Below are positions 24,694 to 34,738 of a stretch of 46,043 bases of DNA, piece by piece. The position numbers and the translations under genes were made by a program. The stretch covers positions 1 to 46,043 of the IMG/VR virus record IMGVR_UViG_3300025398_000035. One strand, 5' to 3'. Under the pieces are notes generated by a model that worked only from the letters and a program-made list of their open reading frames with translations, was not told the origin of the DNA and ran no database searches. The stretch comes from a virus (lineage: Duplodnaviria; Caudoviricetes). How positions within the stretch are numbered: the first letter of the stretch is position 1; the number at the start of each line of letters is the position of its first letter.

Positions 24694-25740
24694 ATGCGCA
24701 ACGCTGAACTGGCTGAAATTGAGGCCCGTGCGGGCATTGTGTTCCCGCAGGCCGTGGACTGGATGCCGCGCGAGCGGCTGGACAATGGCGATTGGGGCGC
24801 GATTGACGTGCGCCAGGCGTTCGACGCGCAGCCGTCGCTGATCACCAACAGCAACGCGGGCATCCCGGCGTTTCTGACCACCTACCTTGACCCGAAGCTG
24901 GTCACGGTGCTGTTGACGCCCAACAAGGCGGCGGAGATCTACGGCGAAACCCGCAAGGGCACGTGGACCGATGAAACGGCCATCTTCCCGATGGTCGAAA
25001 GCACAGGCGAAGTGTCGAGCTACGGCGACTTCACCGAGAATGGCCGCGCTGGTGCGAACTATCAGTTCGAAAACCGCCAGAGCTATCTCTATCAGGTGTT
25101 CACCGAATGGGGTGAACGCGAGATGGAGCGCGCGGGCCGCGCCAACATCGATTGGGCCGCTCGCCTCAACATCGCCTCGGCCATCGCGCTGAACAAGGCG
25201 CAGAACTACTACTACTTCTACGGCGTCAGCGGCCTGATGAACTATGGCGCGCTGAATGACCCGTCGCTGAACCCGGCCATCACTCCGGCCAGCAAGGCTG
25301 CGGGCGGCACGGGCTGGGTGAACGCCACTCCGTCGGAAATTCTGGCGGACGTGCAGGCTGCGTTCAAGCAGCTGCAAATCCAGACCGGTTCCAATCTGGA
25401 ACTGACGGACAAGCTGACGCTGGCGCTGCATTCGGTGAGCGAGGTCTACCTCGCCAACTCGAACAGCTACGGCCTGACCGCTGCTGAGATGATCAAGAAG
25501 GTGTTCCCGAACATCCGCATCATCCAGGCGCCGCAGTTCGTGTCCGGCACCACCTATTCGTTCCAGCTTTTCGTTGAAGAAATCGAAGGTCAGCGCACCG
25601 TCGAGACCGCCTTCAACGAAAAGATGCGTGCGCATCCGGTGATCCAAGCCGCGTCCTCGTGGAAGCAGAAGAAAACCCAGGGCGCTTGGGGGGCCATCTG
25701 GTATGTGCCTGCCGCCGTCGTCACCATGTCGGGGATTTGA
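24694..25740 (+). CDS. Major capsid protein (DUF2184 type)
   Basis: NAGIPAFLTTYLDP, GEVSSYGDF, YGALNDP and AFNEKMRAH; position in the head module. Confidence 0.92.
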   Translation: MRNAELAEIEARAGIVFPQAVDWMPRERLDNGDWGAIDVRQAFDAQPSLITNSNAGIPAFLTTYLDPKLVTVLLTPNKAAEIYGETRKGTWTDETAIFPMVESTGEVSSYGDFTENGRAGANYQFENRQSYLYQVFTEWGEREMERAGRANIDWAARLNIASAIALNKAQNYYYFYGVSGLMNYGALNDPSLNPAITPASKAAGGTGWVNATPSEILADVQAAFKQLQIQTGSNLELTDKLTLALHSVSEVYLANSNSYGLTAAEMIKKVFPNIRIIQAPQFVSGTTYSFQLFVEEIEGQRTVETAFNEKMRAHPVIQAASSWKQKKTQGAWGAIWYVPAAVVTMSGI

Positions 25741-25743
25741 TCC

Positions 25744-26127
25744 ATGGCGTTGGATACGGTCACAGTCGCGTGCAAGCTGCCCGCTGGCGTGGTTCTCAAT
25801 CTCGACCGCTACGAGCTTGAAGGCCCGAACAAGGCGGTTCGCCGCGTCGAAGGCAAAGACACGGTGACGCTCAAAGGCTGGTCGCGCCGTGCGGATCAGC
25901 CGATCCACACCATCGGCGGCTACGGCATGACGGAGGTGGATGCTTCGTTCTGGACGAAGTGGCGCACCCTGAATGCCGACAGCCCGCTTGTGCGTGACAA
26001 TCTGCTGTTCGCGCTGCCCAAGGCCGAGGACGCTGCGGCCAAAGCACGCGAGCAGGCCGAGGTTCCGGCCATGTTCGCGCCGGGCAAGCTCAACGTCGAG
26101 GGCGTGAAGACTGCTGACAAGGAATAG
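25744..26127 (+). CDS. Conserved virion-associated hypothetical protein
   Basis: VTVACKLPAG...GGYGMTEVDASFW follows the capsid gene, as in related myoviruses. Confidence 0.7.
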   Translation: MALDTVTVACKLPAGVVLNLDRYELEGPNKAVRRVEGKDTVTLKGWSRRADQPIHTIGGYGMTEVDASFWTKWRTLNADSPLVRDNLLFALPKAEDAAAKAREQAEVPAMFAPGKLNVEGVKTADKE

Positions 26128-26131
26128 TTGA

Positions 26132-26536
26132 ATGGCCGTCGTCACGTTCAATTACCCGGCGTGGGTGACGCGTTATCCTGAGTTCAAGGATACAGTGCCC
26201 GCTCCGCTGGCGACGGCCTATTTCAGCGAAGCCTGCCTCTACTGCGACAATAGCGGCGCCGGGCCGGTCACGGACGCGGCGAAACTAGCGTTGCTGTTGA
26301 ACATGCTGACCGCGCACATCGCAGCGCTGGCATCGCAGGATCTTGTGGGACGCATCACAGACGCCACAGAAGGCAGCGTGAGCGTGTCTGCATCCATGGG
26401 TGACGCAGTGCCGGGCAACCGTGCGTGGTATCTGCAAACCAAATACGGCGCGGCCTATTGGCAGGCCACGGCAGCGTTGCGAACGATGACATACATTCCG
26501 CGCCGGTTCTGCGGTTACAGCCCGCGTGGATACTGA
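26132..26536 (+). CDS. Head-tail adaptor (DUF4054)
   Basis: [29 protein letters not shown] and [13 protein letters not shown]. Confidence 0.88.
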   Translation: MAVVTFNYPAWVTRYPEFKDTVPAPLATAYFSEACLYCDNSGAGPVTDAAKLALLLNMLTAHIAALASQDLVGRITDATEGSVSVSASMGDAVPGNRAWYLQTKYGAAYWQATAALRTMTYIPRRFCGYSPRGY

Positions 26537-27018
26537 TGGCCCGCATTCGCAAGCTCGGCACGTTTGATGCCAAACTGCGTGAAATGGCGGCTCATCTTGG
26601 CAAAGCCAACACGGTGCGCGTTGGTTTCCTTGAAGGCGCCACCTACCCGGACGGCACCAGCGTCGCAACCGTGGCGGCGGTGCAGGAGTTTGGCTCACCG
26701 GCCAACAACATCCCGCCACGTCCGTTTTTCCGCTCCATGATCGCGGCCAAGTCGCCACGTTGGGGCGATGGCGTTGCGACGGTGTTGAAAGCCAACGGAT
26801 ACGACGCAGACCGCGCGCTGCATCAGGTTGGCGACGCCATCAAAGGCCAACTCCAACAGTCCATTGTGGACACCAATTCGCCGCCGCTCGCGCCCGCGAC
26901 AATCGCGGCCAAAAGCAAGGGCGGCACATCCGCCGCATCGCTTGGGGTGCTCGGCCCCGCCAAGCCCCTGGTTGACACCGGTCACATGCTCAATTCAGTT
27001 GATTACGAGGTATCCTGA
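26536..27018 (+). CDS. Neck / tail-completion protein
   Basis: VRVGFLEGATYPDG, EFG...IPPRPFFR and KPLVDTGHMLNSV. Confidence 0.82.
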   Translation: MARIRKLGTFDAKLREMAAHLGKANTVRVGFLEGATYPDGTSVATVAAVQEFGSPANNIPPRPFFRSMIAAKSPRWGDGVATVLKANGYDADRALHQVGDAIKGQLQQSIVDTNSPPLAPATIAAKSKGGTSAASLGVLGPAKPLVDTGHMLNSVDYEVS

Positions 27019-27803
27019 TGTCACTGCAACGCATTCTGACTGCCATCGGTGATGTCGCTGGCATCGTCAACGGCCCGAACAACCTGACCGCCACAACTGA
27101 CCCGACAGTCAACAACGACGGCACCCAGGGTTATACCATCGGCTCGATCTGGTATAACGCCGTCAATCAGCGCATCTGGGAATGCTGGGGCACCGCAACT
27201 GGCGCTGCCGTGTGGAGTTTCGACGGGGCGGCCTACAACAACGGCGGGTCCAATCCGGCATCTGAGGTGACGGCGTTCGGGCTTGGCACTGGCTTGATGG
27301 GCGAAGAAGGCAACGTCTCGCGCCAGATTAGCAGCACGGGCGTTTCGCCTGCCGCGACTGGCGGCGATTACGTGCTGGCCGTGTATGCGCTGCCCGCCAA
27401 CAGTTTCGACATTGCCGGGCGCGGTGTGAACCTGGTCGCAATGGGTTCGTTGGCCAACAACTCCAACAACAAGCGATTGAAGCTGATTTTCAACGCCACA
27501 ACCGCCGTCGTCGGTTTTGCGGTCAGCGGCGGCACGACGGTGTGTGACACCGGCACCATCACCGTGGCCAATGCCGGGTGGGCGCTGGAAGCCAACGTGT
27601 TTAAGTATGGCGCCACCGGATCGAACACTCAGATCGGCCTGCATCAGTCGGCCCAGGCTGGCAGCAACATCTCGGCTTTGCTGTCTCCGTCGCTGATCAC
27701 CGCAACCGAAAGCAGTCCGATCCTGATCGCCGTCACGGGCAACGCCACCATGACCGCATCTGACATCTTGTTCTCGTTCTTCGAAGTGAACGCAATGAAT
27801 TGA
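27018..27803 (+). CDS. Putative collar/fibre structural protein inserted in the neck genes
   Basis: ATTDPTVNNDGTQGYTIGSIWYN...GAAVW fibre-type motif followed by a beta-rich domain. Confidence 0.55.
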   Translation: MSLQRILTAIGDVAGIVNGPNNLTATTDPTVNNDGTQGYTIGSIWYNAVNQRIWECWGTATGAAVWSFDGAAYNNGGSNPASEVTAFGLGTGLMGEEGNVSRQISSTGVSPAATGGDYVLAVYALPANSFDIAGRGVNLVAMGSLANNSNNKRLKLIFNATTAVVGFAVSGGTTVCDTGTITVANAGWALEANVFKYGATGSNTQIGLHQSAQAGSNISALLSPSLITATESSPILIAVTGNATMTASDILFSFFEVNAMN

Positions 27804-27813
27804 AGGTAGCGCG

Positions 27814-28188
27814 ATGAACCTGCACGGGATGGCGGCTGCTGCGATTGCCGCCGTCAATCCCATGCAAACCGTCATTCGCAAGGTCAGCACCGGCAACGTA
27901 GTCAATGCTGACGGCACGGTAACACCGTCCTATGCGTTCCCAGACACGTTGCAAGGGCAGGTTCAAGCCCTCAGCAGCACCGATCTGCGGCAGTCTGACA
28001 ACATCACGCTGCAAAGCATTGCAAAGACGGTTTATCTGTGCGGCGCGACGGACGCAATTGAGCGCCCGCTGGCCAAAGGCGGGGATTTGCTGACCATTGG
28101 CACGAGCAACTGGCTTGTGGTGCGCGTGCTTGAAGAATGGCCCGATTGGTCCCGTGTGCTGGTGACGTTGCAGGATGATGCGCCGTGA
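27814..28188 (+). CDS. Head closure protein
   Basis: MNLHG, GQVQALS..DL, GGDLL and WLVVRVLEEWPDW. Confidence 0.78.
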   Translation: MNLHGMAAAAIAAVNPMQTVIRKVSTGNVVNADGTVTPSYAFPDTLQGQVQALSSTDLRQSDNITLQSIAKTVYLCGATDAIERPLAKGGDLLTIGTSNWLVVRVLEEWPDWSRVLVTLQDDAP

Positions 28189-28706
28189 CCATCACGGCAT
28201 CCATCACCGAAACCGCGCTGCTGACTGCGGTGCGGTCTGTGTTGCTGGGCATGGTGCCCTCGGCGCAAATCATCCAAGGCCAGCAAAACCGCGCCGCGTT
28301 GCCGGAAGGCGATTTCGTGGTGATGACATCGCTCATGCGCGAGCGCTTGTCCACCAACTCGGACAGCTACACCAGCAGCACGCGCACGGTTGCCGAAGCC
28401 GCCAAGGTCACAATCCAAACCGACATCTACGGGCCGAACGCTGCTGATAACGCGCAGATCGTGCAGACGCTGTGGCGCGATACATATGCTTGCGATGCGT
28501 TCACCGCGTTGAGTGCAGATGTCCAGCCGTTGTATGCGTCCGAACCGCGCAAAGTTCCGTTTATCAATTCCGCGACGCAATACGAAGCGCGCTGGAATGT
28601 TGATCTTGTGCTGCAAGCCAACATTGCTTTGACATTGCCGCAGCAGACTGCGGACGTTTTGGCCGCGACGCTTATCAACGTCGATGCCACCTATCCCGCC
28701 GCCTAA
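28185..28706 (+). CDS. Neck/tail terminator protein
   Basis: GQQNR, QTDIYGP, LWRD.YA, PLYASEP and QYEARW; precedes the sheath. Confidence 0.75.
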   Translation: MTITASITETALLTAVRSVLLGMVPSAQIIQGQQNRAALPEGDFVVMTSLMRERLSTNSDSYTSSTRTVAEAAKVTIQTDIYGPNAADNAQIVQTLWRDTYACDAFTALSADVQPLYASEPRKVPFINSATQYEARWNVDLVLQANIALTLPQQTADVLAATLINVDATYPAA

Positions 28707-28724
28707 TCCCGCAAGGAAATCAGA

Positions 28725-30230
28725 ATGACCACCATCCCAGCCTCACAGATCGTGAGCGTGCTGCCCAACGTGCTGTCGCCTGGCGGGGCCGCCGTGGTCG
28801 CGCAGGGCGTCATGCTGTCCAACTCCACGCGCGTGCCGATTGGCACCGTGTATTCGTTTCCAAATGCCGCCGCCGTGTCTTCGTTCTTCGGCCCGTCCAG
28901 CGCCGAATACGGTTTGGCATCCACCTACTTCCTCGGGTTCGACGGCTCAACCGCGAAGCCGGGCGCGATCCTCATCGCGCAGTATCCGACGAGCGCCGTT
29001 GCTGCGTATCTGCGCAGCGCGTCGCTGGCGTCGCTCGGTCTTGCGGGCGTGCAGGCGCTGTCCGGCGTGCTGACGCTGACAGTCAACGGAACGCAAATCA
29101 CTTCCGGCACGATCACGCTGTCCACCGCCACATCATTCAGCAACGCCGCCACGATCATTCAGGCCGCGTTCACCTCGCCGCCGTTCTCGGTCAGCTATGA
29201 CAGCGTTCTCAGCGCGTTCGTGTTCACCACCACCACCACGGGCGCCACGGCGACCATCACGTTCGCCACGGGCACGCTGTCGGCTGGCTTGCTGCTGACC
29301 CAAGCAACGGGCGCGGTCACGTCGCAGGGCGCCGCTGTGGCCGTTCCTGCCACGTTCATGAACGCGATGACGGCGCTGACAACGAACTGGGTGACGTTCT
29401 TCACCGCGTTCGACCCAGACAGCGCGGGCGTTGTCACCAACAAGCTGGCGTTTGCGGCTTGGGCCAATTCGCAGAACAACACCTACGCTTACATCGCGTG
29501 GGATGTGAACGCCAACGGCACGTTGAGCAACGACACGTCATCGCTCGGGTATCAGGTCAAGCAGAACAGCTATTCCGGCACGGTGCTGATCTACGTCACG
29601 TCGTCAGGCACCGCCAGCAAGGCCGCGTTCTTGTCCGGCGCCATCGCGTCGATCAATTTCAACGCCACCAATGGCCGCACCACGATGGCGTTCCGCACGC
29701 AATCGGGGCTCGCCGCTGACGTGACCGATGCCACCACGGCGGCCAACCTCATCGCCAACGGCTACAACTTCTATGGCTCGTATGGCACCGCCGCGACCAA
29801 CTTCGTGTTCTTCTACCCCGGCGCCATTTCCGGGCCATCGGCGTGGATTGACAGTTTCGTCAACCACGTTTGGTTCAACAGCAACGTGCAAGCGCAGCTC
29901 ATGACGCTGCTGACGTCCGTTGGGTCGGTTCCCTACAACCAGCCGGGCTACGACCTGATCAGCGCGGCGGAACTCGGCCCGGTGGCGCAAGCGGTGACGT
30001 TCGGTGCGATCCGCGCGGGCGTGACGCTCTCGACGTTGCAGGCCGCTGAGGTGAACGCCGCCGCTGGCGTCGCCATCGATACCACGCTGAGCCAGACGGG
30101 CTATTACGTGCAGGTCAAAGACCCTGGCGCGGTGGTGCGCGCGGCGCGCGGAACGCCGATCTGCAACATCTGGTATATGGACGGCCAGAGCGTGCAGCAG
30201 ATCACCATCAACTCTGTTGAGGTCGCATAA
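28725..30230 (+). CDS. Tail sheath protein (DUF3383)
   Basis: TIPASQIVSVLPNVL, FFGPSSAEY, NGYNFYG and WYMDGQSVQQI. Confidence 0.9.
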   Translation: MTTIPASQIVSVLPNVLSPGGAAVVAQGVMLSNSTRVPIGTVYSFPNAAAVSSFFGPSSAEYGLASTYFLGFDGSTAKPGAILIAQYPTSAVAAYLRSASLASLGLAGVQALSGVLTLTVNGTQITSGTITLSTATSFSNAATIIQAAFTSPPFSVSYDSVLSAFVFTTTTTGATATITFATGTLSAGLLLTQATGAVTSQGAAVAVPATFMNAMTALTTNWVTFFTAFDPDSAGVVTNKLAFAAWANSQNNTYAYIAWDVNANGTLSNDTSSLGYQVKQNSYSGTVLIYVTSSGTASKAAFLSGAIASINFNATNGRTTMAFRTQSGLAADVTDATTAANLIANGYNFYGSYGTAATNFVFFYPGAISGPSAWIDSFVNHVWFNSNVQAQLMTLLTSVGSVPYNQPGYDLISAAELGPVAQAVTFGAIRAGVTLSTLQAAEVNAAAGVAIDTTLSQTGYYVQVKDPGAVVRAARGTPICNIWYMDGQSVQQITINSVEVA

Positions 30231-30232
30231 TC

Positions 30233-30664
30233 ATGGCGCGCACAATCACTTCGGCCAATGCCATCATCACGTTGAGCATTTTGCCGATCTACCCTTCCGT
30301 CACGCTGCGCAACTTTGCGGCGGATGACATCACCGATATGCCGTCGGTCAAAATGACCGAGACCATGATGGGCGCTGATGGCAAGTTGGCGGGCGGCTAT
30401 ACGCCGATGCCGGTTGAGCAGACTATTGCGCTGATGGCGGACAGCAACTCAATCGACGTGTTCGAAGCGTGGCAAACCTACATCCTGACCATGCGCGAGA
30501 CGTTCCCGGCCAACGGGTTCATCACGCTGCCGTCGGTTGGCAAGAAATACGCGCTGACGAAAGGCTTTTTGACGTCCTACAAGCCCATCAGCGACGCCAA
30601 GAAAGTGTTGCAGCCGCGCTCGTTCGGCATCACGTGGGAGTCGGTTGTCCCGACTGCGTTCTGA
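30233..30664 (+). CDS. Tail tube protein
   Basis: TITSANA, MGADGKLAGGY and AKKVLQPR; follows the sheath. Confidence 0.88.
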   Translation: MARTITSANAIITLSILPIYPSVTLRNFAADDITDMPSVKMTETMMGADGKLAGGYTPMPVEQTIALMADSNSIDVFEAWQTYILTMRETFPANGFITLPSVGKKYALTKGFLTSYKPISDAKKVLQPRSFGITWESVVPTAF

Positions 30665-31113
30665 TGGCGCGGCGCGAAAAGGATGTGACCATCACTGCCG
30701 AAGGGCGAGATAAGGGCAAGACGTTCCGCCTGACTGAAATGTCCGCATCGCAGGCCGAGCGTTGGGCGGCGCGTGCGTTCCTGGCCATGTCGCGGTCTGG
30801 AGTGGATCTTCCGGATCACGCGGTTGCCGCTGGCATGGCCGGGCTGGCGTCGTTTGGGTTTCAAGCGATGTGCCATGTCTCGTTTGCCGAAGCCGAACCG
30901 CTGATGAACGAAATGTTTGAGTGCATCACGTTCGTGCCCGCGCCCGGCATGCCGCCGCGCCGGTTGATTGAGGAAGACATCGAGGAAGTGAAAACCCGCA
31001 TCGATCTGCGTGCGGAGGTGCTTGAATTGCACACGGGTTTTTCCATCACCGCCGCGCTCTCGATATTGGGCCGGGCCTCGGCGGTGCAGACCGGCAATAC
31101 GCCAGTTACGTGA
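30664..31113 (+). CDS. Tail assembly chaperone (gpG-like)
   Basis: GRDKGKTFRLTEMSASQAERWA...DIEEVKT...LRAEVLELHTGF; lies between tube and tape measure genes. Confidence 0.85.
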   Translation: MARREKDVTITAEGRDKGKTFRLTEMSASQAERWAARAFLAMSRSGVDLPDHAVAAGMAGLASFGFQAMCHVSFAEAEPLMNEMFECITFVPAPGMPPRRLIEEDIEEVKTRIDLRAEVLELHTGFSITAALSILGRASAVQTGNTPVT

Positions 31114-31262
31114 ACGTGCCCATTCCGCTTGGCCGGGTGATCTCCGCTCGGCTCGCGACACTGCATGATCTTGATACGGTCTACGGCGTGGCGGACCTTT
31201 ACGACATGCTCGAAATTCTGGCCGTTGATGCCTACAATCAGGGGATTGCCAACAAGCCATGA
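31035..31262 (+). CDS. -1 frameshift extension of the chaperone (gpGT-like)
   Basis: Slippery G-GGT-TTT at 31035-31041. The -1 frame is open to TGA 31262 and encodes YVNVP...ATLHDLDTVYGVADLYDMLEI. Confidence 0.8.
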   Translation, partial: GFFHHRRALDIGPGLGGADRQYASYVNVPIPLGRVISARLATLHDLDTVYGVADLYDMLEILAVDAYNQGIANKP

Positions 31263-32920
31263 CAACCCTGATTGATGCGCTGGTTGTTGAGCTGGGTCTC
31301 GATACTTCCAAATTTGTGGAAGGTGGCGAAAAGGCCAGCGCTGAAATGCGCAAAGTCGAACAAGCCGCGACCCGTTCGGCGGACGAGATCGAGCGACGCG
31401 GCGGCCAGGCTGGCGAATTCTTCGCCATCATGAAGCGCGGCGCGGTGGCGTTGTCCGCCGCGATGGCGGCCATCGGCGTTGAGAAATTCATGATGAACGT
31501 CGCGCAGATGTCGTCTGGCCTAAAATATATGGCTGCCGGGCTCGACATTAACGTGCGCGACCTGTCCGCGTGGCAGAACGCGGTGACGCACATTGCCAAT
31601 GGCACGGCAGCGGGCGTCACGGCGACTTTCACGTCGATGCAGGCTAATCTTGAACAGCTAAAGTTCACCGGCCAGTCGCCGATTGTCCCGGCACTGCGGT
31701 TGCTGGGCATCGATCCCTACAACGCCGATGGGTCCGTGAAATCGGCGGAACAGATTTTCCAAGCGGTGGCCAGCTCGCCAAAACTGGCCAGCATGAGCCC
31801 GACTGACAAGCGCTTTGCGTTGCAGCAGGCGGGCATCAATGACCAAGGCATGATCAATTTCCTGCTCAAGCCGCAGACCGAACGCGATGCGGAGTTGGCG
31901 CATCAGCGCGAACAGACGGCAATGACGGAAGCGAACGTCAAGGCGTTCAGCGCGTTGAATGAAGCCGCCATCGGGCTCGAACAGCACTTCACGTCGCTGG
32001 CCACGCTGCTCTCGGTCAAGGCGGTGCCGGGCTTGGTGCAGTTCATCGGCGGCATGGATGACATTCTCAATGTCATCAGCGGCAAAATGAGCCTGCATGA
32101 TTTTGTGGACAAATACGACAAGCGCATCATGCAACCGCCGGTCGATGAATTGGCCGCGACGGACGACGAAATCGCCAAATACTACTCTGATCGCGCGGCC
32201 AAAGGTGGTGCCGAAGAACTTGGCGTAACCGGGCCGCAATACAGCAATTTCCGCTACGCCATCGCGAAGATCGAAGGCACGCCCTACAACCAGATGGGCG
32301 GCTCAAACAACCGGTTCGCAGGCCGCTATCAGATGGGCGCGGATGAGATCGCGGAGACGGCCAAGCGGCTGGGCGAGCCCACGCCGTCAACGCAAGATTT
32401 CCTCAGCGATCCCGCGATGCAGGAGCGCTATTTCAACGCTTACACTTCGTCGCACAATGAGCAATTGCTCAAATTGAGTGCAAAATACCGCGCCATGACG
32501 CCGCAGCAGCGGTTGCAGGTGTTGGCGTATGCACACAATCAGGGCGTTGGCGGCGCAGTGGAATGGATGAACACGGGCGTTGCCAAGCGCGATGCGTTCG
32601 GAACAAGCGGCGCGGCCTACGCCGATGCCGTGGCCGCGCGTGTTGGTGGCGGCGTTGCGCCGGTTGATCCGATTGACGACATGCTTGCCAAATTGAGGGC
32701 CGCGTCCGCCCCGGTGCCAAGCGCTGCCAACGCGGCGTCTACGGTTGGTGCTGGTGGCAACGTCGTGACCGGCGCGCAGACCACGACCACCAACCAGACC
32801 ACGATAGGGAGCGTCGTTGTGCACACACAAGCCACCGACGCCAAAGGCATCGCGGTGGGCATCGCCGGGGCCATCAAATCCTCCATGCTGGCCACGCAAG
32901 CCAACACGGGCCTTGCCTGA
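31259..32920 (+). CDS. Tape measure protein with C-terminal lysozyme-like domain
   Basis: TLIDALVVELGLD start and Ala-rich helices, then IAKIEG..YN...AGRYQMG...QERYF...LAYAHNQG. Confidence 0.85.
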   Translation: MTTLIDALVVELGLDTSKFVEGGEKASAEMRKVEQAATRSADEIERRGGQAGEFFAIMKRGAVALSAAMAAIGVEKFMMNVAQMSSGLKYMAAGLDINVRDLSAWQNAVTHIANGTAAGVTATFTSMQANLEQLKFTGQSPIVPALRLLGIDPYNADGSVKSAEQIFQAVASSPKLASMSPTDKRFALQQAGINDQGMINFLLKPQTERDAELAHQREQTAMTEANVKAFSALNEAAIGLEQHFTSLATLLSVKAVPGLVQFIGGMDDILNVISGKMSLHDFVDKYDKRIMQPPVDELAATDDEIAKYYSDRAAKGGAEELGVTGPQYSNFRYAIAKIEGTPYNQMGGSNNRFAGRYQMGADEIAETAKRLGEPTPSTQDFLSDPAMQERYFNAYTSSHNEQLLKLSAKYRAMTPQQRLQVLAYAHNQGVGGAVEWMNTGVAKRDAFGTSGAAYADAVAARVGGGVAPVDPIDDMLAKLRAASAPVPSAANAASTVGAGGNVVTGAQTTTTNQTTIGSVVVHTQATDAKGIAVGIAGAIKSSMLATQANTGLA

Positions 32921-33549
32921 TGGCGTTTGTCAGCATTCCCACAACGCCCGCCAGCATCCCGCTTGTGCCCGGCGTGCCCGCGTTGGCGAGCGTTGCAACG
33001 GGGCTCGGGGCCGGGCCGGTGTTGGCAATTGCGGACCAGCTCGGGCTGGGCTCGATCTTTGGTGCGCCACAATGGGGCATCTTTGACAGCGACGGCAACC
33101 CGGTGCTGACCGGCGATTGCGTGGCGGAGTTCGGCTATCGCCGCGATTATCAAATCAGCGATTACCCGGTCGAAGACGGCGGGTTCTCGTCCTACAACAA
33201 AGTGCAGCGCCCGGCGCATTTCGCGGTCGCGTTTATGGTCGGCGGCGCGGATGCCGACCGGTCTGCGTTTCTGGCGGCTGCCGAAGATTTGGCCGCCTCG
33301 TTGACGCTCTACAGCGTGGCCACGCCGGAAGCGTCTTATCCGTCCGTCAACGTCACGGGCGTGTCATACCGACGCACCAATTATCGAGGCGCCACACTGA
33401 TGCGCGTTGAGGTGATCTGCGAAGAAGTGCGCGTGACAGCCGCTGCGCAGTTCATCAACACCGCTCAACCGAGCGGCAGCGCGGTGCAGAACGGCGGCAC
33501 CGCTGTCGTAACGCCCGTCACCTCGTCCGCCTTGCCGCCGCCATCATGA
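32920..33549 (+). CDS. Baseplate / tail tube initiator protein
   Basis: QWGIFD and ISDYPVEDGGFSSYNKVQRP; follows the tape measure. Confidence 0.78.
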   Translation: MAFVSIPTTPASIPLVPGVPALASVATGLGAGPVLAIADQLGLGSIFGAPQWGIFDSDGNPVLTGDCVAEFGYRRDYQISDYPVEDGGFSSYNKVQRPAHFAVAFMVGGADADRSAFLAAAEDLAASLTLYSVATPEASYPSVNVTGVSYRRTNYRGATLMRVEVICEEVRVTAAAQFINTAQPSGSAVQNGGTAVVTPVTSSALPPPS

Positions 33550-33842
33550 CACCGCAAGCCTTTGTCACGCTGGCCGCAGTGCCCGCGCAAACGGTCACGG
33601 CATCGCTGGGTGGCCAGACATGCCAGATCACAGTCTATCAGAAGCGCACCGGGCTCTACCTTGATCTGGCGGTAAACAACACGCCCATCATCTACGGCGT
33701 GCTCTGCCTCAACGCGACGCTGATTGTGCGCGATGCCTATCTGGGGTTTTCGGGGGATCTGGCGTTCTATGACACGCAAGGCACGCAAGACCCCGACTAC
33801 ACCGGCCTCGGCGGGCGCTATCAGCTGGCGTATGTCGCATGA
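33546..33842 (+). CDS. Small baseplate protein
   Basis: AVPAQT...LGGQTC, YLGFSGDL.FYDTQG..DP.YTGLGGRY. Confidence 0.78.
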   Translation: MTPQAFVTLAAVPAQTVTASLGGQTCQITVYQKRTGLYLDLAVNNTPIIYGVLCLNATLIVRDAYLGFSGDLAFYDTQGTQDPDYTGLGGRYQLAYVA

Positions 33843-34729
33843 GCTACGTCCAACGCGAAATCGACGTGATGGTGCAGCTCGGGTCCGGCACGTTCGAAGC
33901 CACGACATATGACGCCGTGACGCTGACCGGCCTGCGAGTGTCCGCAACTGTCGTCAAGGCGGGCGGGCTGGCCATGAATGCGGCGGACATCCGTGTCTAC
34001 GGTGCGCCGCTGACCGTGATGAACCAAGTCTCGACGCTCGGCCTCAAATACCAAGCACAGCGCAACAACCGCGTGACCATCTCGGCGGGCAACAGGGGTG
34101 AGGCGAAATCCATCGTCTACACCGGCACCATCACAGACGCATGGGTGGATTTCGGGTCGCAGCCGCAAGTCGCGCTGCACATCGCATCAGCGTCTTTGGG
34201 TTTCGACAAAGTACGCCCGACCACGCCGAACAGTTTTCCGCAGGGTGGCGACGTGGTGGTGATGTTGGCGTCTTTGGCGTCTCAGGCGGGCTATGATTTC
34301 GTCAACAACGGCGTGTCTGGCGTGCGGCTTGGGCCTTCGTATTTCTCGGGCACGTTGCCGGACCAGATCGAAGCGTGCGCCACGCATGCGGGCATTCAAT
34401 ACGTGTTCGATGACGCGGCGGCTGGCACGCACAAACTGGTGATCTGGCCCGCAGGCGGCACGCGCGAGGGGTCTATCCCGCTGATATCCAAATCGGGCGG
34501 CATGATCGGCTACCCGACGTTTAACAGCCAAGCTATCGCGGTGCAGTGCGAGTTCAACCCGGCCATCAGTTTCGGCACGCTGGTGCAGATCGAAAGCAGC
34601 ATCATACCCGCAAATGGCAAGTGGCAGGTCATCGGCCTGACGCACGATCTGGAAAGCGAAACGCCAGGCGGGCGATGGATGTCATCGCTCGCATGCGCCG
34701 CGCCCGGCAGTCCAAGCCTGCATTCGTGA
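33839..34729 (+). CDS. Baseplate hub protein
   Basis: Position; GMIGYPTF, FNPAI.FG and HDLESETPGGRW. Confidence 0.78.
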   Translation: MSYVQREIDVMVQLGSGTFEATTYDAVTLTGLRVSATVVKAGGLAMNAADIRVYGAPLTVMNQVSTLGLKYQAQRNNRVTISAGNRGEAKSIVYTGTITDAWVDFGSQPQVALHIASASLGFDKVRPTTPNSFPQGGDVVVMLASLASQAGYDFVNNGVSGVRLGPSYFSGTLPDQIEACATHAGIQYVFDDAAAGTHKLVIWPAGGTREGSIPLISKSGGMIGYPTFNSQAIAVQCEFNPAISFGTLVQIESSIIPANGKWQVIGLTHDLESETPGGRWMSSLACAAPGSPSLHS

Positions 34730-34738
34730 GGGCCTGAT

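Noticed and set aside
24688-26151. 487-aa minus-strand ORF
   Set aside because: Antisense shadow of the capsid and adjacent genes.
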